Shown in pieces: positions 26,067-33,563 of a DNA stretch of 64,000 bases. The notes beneath the pieces were generated by a model that searched no databases, was not told where the DNA came from, and saw only the letters and a list, made by a program, of their open reading frames with translations. The translations under genes and the position numbers were made by a program. Where the stretch lies: contig JAJFFF010000044.1 in the NCBI GenBank assembly GCA_021776785.1, positions 282,230-346,229 of the forward strand, given 5' to 3'. The stretch comes from Planctomycetota bacterium. Its GTDB lineage: Bacteria; Planctomycetota; PLA2. How positions within the stretch are numbered: position 1 is the stretch's first letter; every line of letters starts with the position of its first letter.

Positions 26067-27293
26067 ATGATGTCTACATACCGAACCATTTCCAACCCGG
26101 GCGGAAGGCCGATCAAAGCGTGGACGCATGGCGTTCCGGTCGATGAGAAGGCGATCCAACAGCTCCAAAACGTCGGCCAGCTCCCCATCATCCACCGCTG
26201 GGTCGCGGCGATGCCCGATGTCCATTGGGGAATCGGCGCGACCGTCGGCAGCGTCATTCCGACCGTGAAAGCGATTATCCCCGCGGCCGTCGGCGTCGAC
26301 ATCGGCTGCGGCATGATGGCCGTGCGCACGACGCTATCGGCGTCCGACCTTCCCGACGATCTGCGCGGTATTCGGCACGCGATGGAAAAAGCGGTCCCCC
26401 ACGGGCGCACGGATCGCGGCGGAAAAAACGATCGCGGGTCGTGGTCGAACACACCGGCCGTCGCCGAGAAGCGTTGGAAAAAACTCCGCGCCGGATACAA
26501 GGAAATCACCGAGCGTCACCCGTCCCTCGACCGCGGCAAGACTCTTGAACAACTCGGCACGTTGGGCACCGGCAATCACTTCATCGAAGTCTGCCTCGAC
26601 CAGGAAAACGCCGTGTGGCTCATGCTGCACAGCGGATCGCGCGGCGTCGGCAATCGCATCGGTCAGCACTTCATTCGGTTGGCCAAAAAAGACATGCAGG
26701 GCCATCTGAGCCAGCTTCCCGACGAAGACCTCGCGTATTTCTCGGAGGGCTCGGATCACTTTCATGACTACGTCGCTGCCGTCGATTGGGCGCAGCGATT
26801 TGCGCGGACCAATCGCGAGCTCATGATGGAAGCGACGTTGGCGGCGCTGCAACGGCGCAAAGACCTCCCGAAGTTTCAGGCCGACAAGCTTGCGGTGAAC
26901 TGCCACCACAACTACGTCGCGCAGGAGCACCACTATGGCAAAGACGTCTTCGTGACCCGCAAGGGGGCGGTGAGCGCGGCGGTCGGTGAACTCGGGATCA
27001 TTCCCGGCAGCATGGGCGCGCGCTCCTACATCGTCTCGGGCAAAGGGCACGCGGAGAGTTTTTGCTCGTGCAGCCACGGCGCCGGGCGCGCACTCTCGCG
27101 GACGCAAGCCAAGCGGCAATTCACAGTCGCCGATCACGAACGGGCGACGGCGGGCGTCGAGTGCCGCAAGGATGCCGCCGTCATCGACGAAACGCCGGCC
27201 GCGTATAAGGACATCGAGGCCGTGATGGCCGCACAATCCGATCTCGTCGAGATTCTGTACACGCTCAAGCAGGTCGTGTGCGTAAAGGGGTAG
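26067..27293 (+). CDS. rtcB: RNA-splicing ligase RtcB
   Basis: PDVHWGIGATVGSV, GCGMMAV, GTGNHFIEV and CSHGAGRALSRTQA are the conserved RtcB metal- and GTP-binding blocks. 408 aa from ATG 26067. Confidence 0.9.
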   Translation: MMSTYRTISNPGGRPIKAWTHGVPVDEKAIQQLQNVGQLPIIHRWVAAMPDVHWGIGATVGSVIPTVKAIIPAAVGVDIGCGMMAVRTTLSASDLPDDLRGIRHAMEKAVPHGRTDRGGKNDRGSWSNTPAVAEKRWKKLRAGYKEITERHPSLDRGKTLEQLGTLGTGNHFIEVCLDQENAVWLMLHSGSRGVGNRIGQHFIRLAKKDMQGHLSQLPDEDLAYFSEGSDHFHDYVAAVDWAQRFARTNRELMMEATLAALQRRKDLPKFQADKLAVNCHHNYVAQEHHYGKDVFVTRKGAVSAAVGELGIIPGSMGARSYIVSGKGHAESFCSCSHGAGRALSRTQAKRQFTVADHERATAGVECRKDAAVIDETPAAYKDIEAVMAAQSDLVEILYTLKQVVCVKG

Positions 27294-27410
27294 TTGCCTC
27301 CCTTGGTTTTTGCCGCGCTCGTTGAACCGATGCGGTGACCGCGGGGATCATAAGAATGCTACGGCGAGCAAGACCCCGATTCGTGGGCATCCTCGCCATC
27401 GGCCGCCACA

Positions 27411-30203
27411 ATGAACGACCCGGCTTCTTCTCCTGATGCGCTGCTCGCGCACACCGAATTCGTGCGCGCGCTCGCACGGCGGCTCCTCCGCGACGAGCAC
27501 GGCGCGGAGGACGTCACACAGCAAACGATGCTGGCCGCGCTCGAGTCGCCGCCGCGGGATCACACGAAGTGGCGACCGTGGCTCAGTCGCGTCACCCGCA
27601 ACTTCGCGTTTCGCTCCCGGCGGGATGCGACACGTCGGCGGCGGTGGGAGACGGCCGGTGCAAAACCGATTGATATTCCGTCGCCCCAAGACATCCGCGA
27701 TCGCGAAGCGGCGCGGCGCGACGTCGTCGAGGCGGTGCTGCAGTTGGCAGAGCCGTATCGAACCACCATCATCTTGCGATATTTGGAAGAGTTGCCGCCG
27801 CGGGATGTCGCACGGCGGATGAACGCACCTGTCGAAACGGTGCGTACGCGCACGCGCCGCGCGGTCGAACAACTGCGCAACACGCTGGAACAAGAACCGA
27901 CGCGGGATTGGCGAGCGGGGCTCGCGCTTCTGGCGACGCCCAAAGCATGGGGAGCGATTGCGATGTCCGCAAAATCGAAGTGGATCGGTGCTGCAGTGGG
28001 AGCGCTTTTGCTTGCGCTCATTCCGGTTTGGATGGCCTATCGGCACCAGCCTGGAAGCGGTGACCGCGCCGAACGTACGACGGCCGAGCGGGCCACGCCC
28101 CTCGACACGTCAACGACCGCCCCGCCAACGTCGACATCGGCGTCGACGGACGTGGCCACCGGCATCGAAGGCGTCGTCCGCGGGCCGAGCGGCCCGATCG
28201 CGGACGCGTTCGTGGTGCTTGTGGACGGCGGCGACAAGGTCGCGCGACGACGTACGACCGCGACCGGCCGCTTCGCGTTTAAGCAAACGGGAACGTTTGA
28301 CGTCATCGCCGCGCATCCCGACTACCAGCCCGGTGCCGCGACCGTGACCGCGGAGGGCAAGAGCGCCACACGCGTCGACCTCGTTCTGAAGGCCAGCGAT
28401 CCCATCGCGTTCCGCGTGACCGACGGTTCGACCAAGAGAGTTCTCGACGACGTCGAAGTCTTGGTCATCGTCTCGGGCGACGCTACGAACGCGGCGCTCG
28501 AAACGCTGCTCGCCGAAGGCGGTTTGTGGAAACTGATCCCGCGGCTAAGTGTCTACGACTCGTTGATGGATGCGTTCGCTGGACTGCGCGGGAGCGGTGT
28601 CGTTTACATCCCGCCGATCAAGACGTCAAACGGCGTGGCGCACCTGCGCGGTCTTCTGCCGCGTGGCCGCTTCCAGGCCATCGTCAGCCGACACGGCTAC
28701 GCGCCGCTCCTGGTTACGCGCGACGCCATCGGGGATCAGCTGGACGTCACGCTGCAACCGCAGTCCACGCTGCGCGTCACCGCCCCCAACATCGACGGCC
28801 AACCGGCGGTGGGAGCGTGGTGCGAAGTCAACCGGCCCGGGTTGTTTCTGCCCATGCCGGTCAATCGCGCGCAGTTCGACGAAAACGGTCGCGTCGAGTT
28901 CGGCGAGCTCAGTGCCGGGCTGTATGAGGTCATCGTGTCGCGCGACGGCACGTGGGCGCTGGGCGCAAAGGCTCCCAACGCCGACAGTCAGGGCCGAGTC
29001 TCGGTCGGACGCAACGCGACCGCCATCCTTGCGCAGCGCCGCGTCGAGCTGGCCCCAAATCAAACCCACACAGTTCACTTCGGCGGCCCGGAAACCGGTC
29101 GGATCGTCGGCACGATCGCGGCCGGCGATGGCGGCGCGATGATCAACAAGGTGTGGCAAGTGCGGCTGCGACGAGATGACAACGACGTCGCGACAACCAA
29201 CGCCAAAGACGGAAAGTTCGTCTTCGAGAGCGTGGCGCCTGGTTCGTACCGTGTTGTCGCCACCGCATTGGCGAGCGGCGCGAGCGTGACGACCGACGTG
29301 GCGGTGCGTGCGGGGTCGGGCGATACCGTTGTCTCGTTGCGCGCCGAGTCCGGCGGCGTGCGCGGCTCGGTGCGAGGTCGCAACGGTCAACCGTTGCCGG
29401 GAGCGCGCATGCTGATTCTCCGCTATGACGTAGCCCGCACACTGGCACGTCAAGACCCGCGCGGAACCAACGAAGTGTTGTCGCTTCTCTCGCGTGGTTT
29501 TGAGAGCGATCGCAACGGTCGGTTTGAGCGGCCCATGACGGCGGGTCACTACGTCGTTTTTGCGGCAAACGACGGATCCGCGGATTTTCGCGAGGTGCAC
29601 ATCAAAGCAAACGCGCAGACCGAGGTCGCGCTCGATCTGAGTCCGGCCCGTGTCTTCCCGGTCGCGCTCGAGCTCGTTGATCGGGACAAACCCGTCGCGG
29701 GCCACATCTTTCTCCGCGGTTATCTCGGTGGATTCGTGCTCGCGTTTCTCCTGGACGAGGACGCCATGGCTCCCGACGCCAAGCCGATCACCGCGCGGCG
29801 CTATCGACTGCCGAAGGGGCGCTACTTGCTCAACGTTATGGCGCCCGGCCGCGCGCCGATCCTCCAACTTCCGATTCACACGACCGGCGCGTACTCGCTT
29901 CGCATACCCGTCGCCCGCGGCGTGTCGGCAACGCTCACGCTGACCGAAAACGACGCGCCCTTGCGCCACGTCGACCTCGCCCTGCAAACGGCGCTGGGAA
30001 CGACCGTCCATCGCGCGGGCCACCCCGCCGCGCTGTTCGCGCGCAGCCACGGCTGGCGTACCGACAACGCCGGTACGCTTGTGATCCCTTGCCTGCTGCC
30101 CGGCCGCTACGTGCTTCTCCGCCAGGACCGAAAGATCGCATCATTTCGCGTCACCGACGAGCCCCTGACGACTCGGATCGCCCTGGCCGCTCCGCCACGC
30201 TAG
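27411..30203 (+). CDS. ECF (sigma-70 group IV) sigma factor fused in-frame to a transmembrane anti-sigma-like segment and a ~700-aa extracytoplasmic region with CarboxypepD_reg-like beta-sandwich repeats
   Basis: N-terminal 170 aa: EDVTQQTMLAAL (region 2) and RYLEELPPRDVARRMNAPVETVRTRTRRAVEQLR (region 4 HTH). Then the TM helix WIGAAVGALLLALIPVWMAY. Then IEGVVRGPSGPIADAFVVLVDG...GRFAF and further repeats. A single uninterrupted 930-aa ORF. Confidence 0.7.
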   Translation: MNDPASSPDALLAHTEFVRALARRLLRDEHGAEDVTQQTMLAALESPPRDHTKWRPWLSRVTRNFAFRSRRDATRRRRWETAGAKPIDIPSPQDIRDREAARRDVVEAVLQLAEPYRTTIILRYLEELPPRDVARRMNAPVETVRTRTRRAVEQLRNTLEQEPTRDWRAGLALLATPKAWGAIAMSAKSKWIGAAVGALLLALIPVWMAYRHQPGSGDRAERTTAERATPLDTSTTAPPTSTSASTDVATGIEGVVRGPSGPIADAFVVLVDGGDKVARRRTTATGRFAFKQTGTFDVIAAHPDYQPGAATVTAEGKSATRVDLVLKASDPIAFRVTDGSTKRVLDDVEVLVIVSGDATNAALETLLAEGGLWKLIPRLSVYDSLMDAFAGLRGSGVVYIPPIKTSNGVAHLRGLLPRGRFQAIVSRHGYAPLLVTRDAIGDQLDVTLQPQSTLRVTAPNIDGQPAVGAWCEVNRPGLFLPMPVNRAQFDENGRVEFGELSAGLYEVIVSRDGTWALGAKAPNADSQGRVSVGRNATAILAQRRVELAPNQTHTVHFGGPETGRIVGTIAAGDGGAMINKVWQVRLRRDDNDVATTNAKDGKFVFESVAPGSYRVVATALASGASVTTDVAVRAGSGDTVVSLRAESGGVRGSVRGRNGQPLPGARMLILRYDVARTLARQDPRGTNEVLSLLSRGFESDRNGRFERPMTAGHYVVFAANDGSADFREVHIKANAQTEVALDLSPARVFPVALELVDRDKPVAGHIFLRGYLGGFVLAFLLDEDAMAPDAKPITARRYRLPKGRYLLNVMAPGRAPILQLPIHTTGAYSLRIPVARGVSATLTLTENDAPLRHVDLALQTALGTTVHRAGHPAALFARSHGWRTDNAGTLVIPCLLPGRYVLLRQDRKIASFRVTDEPLTTRIALAAPPR

Positions 30204-30566
30204 CAGTCCCAAAAAAGTAGTCGTCTGGCGCGAGCGAGAGCTCGGAGTCGAGATTCAGGAGCGAACCGGAGGCCGCCGCAAGCCGGGGCGAGGACGCGCG
30301 ATGCAGAGATCGGCTTCGCCAGATAAAGCAATTCGGCGCTCGTAGCCCACGAGGACTTTTGCAACGGGCTAACAGGCTCGGGCCCCTCCGGTTCCGACCG
30401 AATAAGGCCCTCGCTCCTCCAGTAGGGCTGGTCAATTACGGAATTCTTGCGCGGTGGCCAGCGAGTTCGAACAATGGTCGGGGCGCGCTGGTGGGATACC
30501 GAGGCGGGGGCGGACAATCCGAGCTCCACCCGGATTCGCCCACGGCTGCCGAGCGGAGGGAAAACC

Positions 30567-31127
30567 ATGGAAGCAACCTTTTACACCTACTGCGCATGGG
30601 CGGGCGGAGTCCTGATCGTGCTTCAGGTCGGCCTCCAGCTGTTCGGCATCTTCGATGGCGACGCGGATATCAACACCGACGTGGACACGGACGGACTCGG
30701 CGACACCGACGGTCACGGAGACTTGTTCTTCGGCATCTTGTCGTTCAAAGCGCTGACCGCGTTCACCGCATTCTTCGGCCTCACCGGCCTGTCGCTGATG
30801 GACGGCGACACGACGCGGGCCGCCCGCATCTCCATTTCAATCGGCGTCGGGTTCATTTCGATGCTCATCATCGCGTGGTTGATGCGCGGCCTGCACCGCC
30901 TGGGTTCGGACGGCTCGGTCAACGTCCAACGCGCGCTCGGGCGCGCGGGCACTGTCTACCTCCGTATTCCGGGCGCCGGCTCCGGCCGTGGCAAAGTCAC
31001 GATGGAACTCGGCGGACGCACGATGGAGTTAGAAGCGTTCACCGACGAGTCCGAGATTGCAACCGGAGAGCGCGTCTCCGTCGTGGCCGTGGACGACGGC
31101 GGGGTCGTGAAGGTGGCGCGCGCCTAG
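30567..31127 (+). CDS. NfeD-like membrane protein (YqiJ/YuaF-type flotillin partner) with a C-terminal OB-fold
   Basis: Start ATG 30567 follows GGAGGG. An acidic loop DGDADINTDVDTDGLGDTDGHGD lies between TM helices. The C-terminal GRGKVTMELGGRTMELEAFTDESEIATGERVSVVAVDDGGVVKV is an NfeD OB-fold. It sits immediately upstream of the flotillin gene. Confidence 0.65.
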   Translation: MEATFYTYCAWAGGVLIVLQVGLQLFGIFDGDADINTDVDTDGLGDTDGHGDLFFGILSFKALTAFTAFFGLTGLSLMDGDTTRAARISISIGVGFISMLIIAWLMRGLHRLGSDGSVNVQRALGRAGTVYLRIPGAGSGRGKVTMELGGRTMELEAFTDESEIATGERVSVVAVDDGGVVKVARA

Positions 31128-31180
31128 CCGCGAAACAAACAGCGGCGCCTCTACAACGAAGGCGTCGAGACTAGAGGGAA

Positions 31181-32812
31181 GTGGGAATCATGAATACATT
31201 GCTTATCGGCGCCATGAAGGATCCGATGCTGATCGCGATCGTGCTTGGCGCGCTTGTAGTCTTCAGCTTCATCATCTTGTTGGTCAAGCGCTACCGGCGC
31301 TGCCCGTCCAACAAGATCTTGGTCATCTACGGGAAGGTCGGCGGAGAACGTTCCGCCAACTGCGTGCACGGTGGCGGCGCGTTTGTATGGCCGGTCATCC
31401 AAGACTACGAGTACTTAGACCTTGAGCCCATCCAGATTGAGATACCGCTCACGGGCGCCCTATCGCTGGAAAACATCCGCGTCAACGTGCCGTCCGTGTT
31501 TACCGTTGCCATCGGTACCGAGCCGCCGATCATGCAAAACGCTGCGGTTCGCTTGCTGAACCTCACGTCGAAAGACATTGAGACGCAAGCGCGCGACATC
31601 ATCTTCGGTCAGCTCCGCCAAGTCATCGCGTCGATGCAGATTGAAGACATCAACCGCGACCGCGACGCTTTCCTAAACTCGATTCAGTCGTCGCTGGAGG
31701 GCGAGCTTCGCAAGATTGGCCTCGTGCTTATCAATGTGAACATCACCGACATCACAGACGACTCTGGCTACATCGAAGCCATCGGTCGGAAGGCTGCCGC
31801 GACGGCGGTGCAACAGGCCGAAATCGACGTGGCGGTCCAGCACAAGAAGGGCGCCATCGGTGTCGCCCAAGCCAATCGAGAAAAAGACATCGACGTGTCG
31901 GTCGCGGTCAAAGAACGTGAAATCGGAACGAAAGAGGCCGACAAGGAGCGCGTGATTCAAGTCGCCAACCTCGACAAGGAGTCGCGGGTCGGTGAGGAGA
32001 TCGCGAACGCGTCCCGCGACGCGCAGATCGCCGACGCCGAACGCTCGCGCCGCGTTGCCATCGCCGAAGCGAATGCGACGGCCGTCGAGGGCGAGAACAT
32101 CGCGCAGGCCAAGATCGCGCAAGCCAACGCGACGCTCGCGGTCGAACGCGCGAACGCGTACCAGCAAGGGGAAACGCGCAAGCGCGTCGCCGAAGCCGCG
32201 GTCCTCCAGGCGCAGTACGACGCGCAAGCGGAAGCCGCGCGCGCGGAACTGGCCAAGGTCGAAGCGGAGAAGATGGCCGAGCTCGTGGCGGTCGCCAACG
32301 CGGAGAAGGCCAAGATGGTCGTCGACGCGGAAGCCGAGAAAGAAAAGCGCCGCATCGAGGCCGAGGGTGAAGCCGCCGCGATCTACGCGAAGCTCGAAGC
32401 GGAAGCGCGCGGCCAATTCGAAATCCTGCAGAAAAAAGGTCTGGGTTTCGCAGAGATCGTCAACGCTTGCGGCGACCCTCAAGCGGCTTTCCAGATGATG
32501 ATGATCGAGCACTTGGACAAACTGTCGGAGACGGCCGCCAACGCGATCAGCAACATCAAGTTCGACAAGATCGTGGTTTGGGACGGCGGCCCCGGCTCCA
32601 ACGGAACCGGAAAAGGCGCCACCTCGAACTTTCTCAACGGACTGGCCGGCTCGCTCCCGCCGATGATGCACATGATGCGCGATATCGGAGGCGTCCAGAT
32701 GCCGGAGTACTTCGCAAAATTCGTGGAGCAAAAAGAAGAAATCGAGCGCGACGCGAAAGACAAGCCGACCAAGCGCAAGAACACCGGCGACGACAGCGCA
32801 CCGAGCGCATAG
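31181..32812 (+). CDS. Flotillin-family SPFH/band-7 protein (FloT/YuaG-like)
   Basis: N-terminal TM segment, SPFH core (ILVIYGKVGGERS...VPSVFTVAIG...) and a long Ala/Glu-rich coiled-coil (EAEKMAELVAVANAEKAKMVVDAEAEKEKRRIEAEGEAAAIYAKLEAEARGQ). ATG at 31190 is an alternative start. Confidence 0.85.
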   Translation: MGIMNTLLIGAMKDPMLIAIVLGALVVFSFIILLVKRYRRCPSNKILVIYGKVGGERSANCVHGGGAFVWPVIQDYEYLDLEPIQIEIPLTGALSLENIRVNVPSVFTVAIGTEPPIMQNAAVRLLNLTSKDIETQARDIIFGQLRQVIASMQIEDINRDRDAFLNSIQSSLEGELRKIGLVLINVNITDITDDSGYIEAIGRKAAATAVQQAEIDVAVQHKKGAIGVAQANREKDIDVSVAVKEREIGTKEADKERVIQVANLDKESRVGEEIANASRDAQIADAERSRRVAIAEANATAVEGENIAQAKIAQANATLAVERANAYQQGETRKRVAEAAVLQAQYDAQAEAARAELAKVEAEKMAELVAVANAEKAKMVVDAEAEKEKRRIEAEGEAAAIYAKLEAEARGQFEILQKKGLGFAEIVNACGDPQAAFQMMMIEHLDKLSETAANAISNIKFDKIVVWDGGPGSNGTGKGATSNFLNGLAGSLPPMMHMMRDIGGVQMPEYFAKFVEQKEEIERDAKDKPTKRKNTGDDSAPSA

Positions 32813-32837
32813 CGCCCCATCGAACCCCCCAAAGCTA

Positions 32838-32866
32838 AGCGGCCGCCGAGTCTTCGGCGGCCGCTA
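32838..32866 (+). terminator. Rho-independent terminator after the flotillin gene
   Basis: agcggccgccgagtcttcggcggccgct (12-bp perfect GC-rich stem, 4-nt loop) followed by a T-rich tail (attctatgtt). Confidence 0.5.
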
Positions 32867-32870
32867 TTCT

Positions 32871-33308
32871 ATGTTCATGCCTCGACTCGAACGGATCTGG
32901 ATCAAACGAGCGAAACTCGGTCCGATGGACCGGAAGCAAAGCGCGGAACTCGTCGCGCAACGCGGGCTCTTCGACAACGCCGATCAGGGGCGACGCCGCC
33001 AAGTCACACTGCTCAGTGCCGAGCGATGGGGCGAACTGGAACGCGAGCTTGGCGTCACGATCGACCCCTCGGAACGGCGCGCGAATCTACTGATCTCCGA
33101 CATCGATCTCGAAAACACGCGCGGTCGCATTCTCTGTATCGGAGAAGCACGTCTGCAGATCAACGGCGAAACGCGCCCCTGCGAGCGCATGGACGAAGTT
33201 CACGAAGGACTGCAGCCCGCCATGCGGCAACGCTGGGGCGGCGGCGCGTTCGCCGAAGTTCTCACCGGCGGATCCATTGCCGAGGGCGACGAGATTCATT
33301 GGGAGTAG
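32871..33308 (+). CDS. MOSC domain-containing protein (YiiM-like)
   Basis: RGLFDNADQGRRRQVTLLSAERW...ANLLISDIDLENTRGRILCIGEARLQINGETRPCERMDEV shows the MOSC beta-barrel pattern with the conserved Cys. Confidence 0.7.
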   Translation: MFMPRLERIWIKRAKLGPMDRKQSAELVAQRGLFDNADQGRRRQVTLLSAERWGELERELGVTIDPSERRANLLISDIDLENTRGRILCIGEARLQINGETRPCERMDEVHEGLQPAMRQRWGGGAFAEVLTGGSIAEGDEIHWE

Positions 33309-33563
33309 CGATCCCAAAAGAGCGCGCCTTTGGGCGCTTTGAGCGAGCGCGGCGCGCGTTGGCGCAAACGCTGGTCCGACTTGTCTCGAAGTGAGACGGG
33401 CTGCCTCAACCGTCGTCTCATTAACTGCCGGATTCTCGGCGTACGTTTGTGCCTTCAATACTGAGTGATACCAAGTATTGGATCAACAGAGCGGAGTTCT
33501 CGTTGGTGCGGTGACTCTGGTAGGGCCACTGCAATCGAGCTCCGCGAGCGAGGCTAAAACGGC

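Noticed and set aside
27294-27410. Possible ECF-type autoregulatory promoter (TGAACC ... ) upstream of the sigma-fusion gene
   Set aside because: Only the -35-like GAACC is present. No convincing CGT-type -10 at the right spacing could be identified by eye.
28626-30050. 474-aa minus-strand ORF within the ECF-fusion gene
   Set aside because: Antisense GC artefact. The sense frame carries sigma-70 and beta-sandwich repeat homology.
31673-32731. 352-aa minus-strand ORF (and the 31992..32498 plus-strand Arg/Lys-rich ORF) inside the flotillin gene
   Set aside because: The flotillin coiled-coil (Ala/Glu-rich) generates long open antisense and off-frame ORFs. No independent support.
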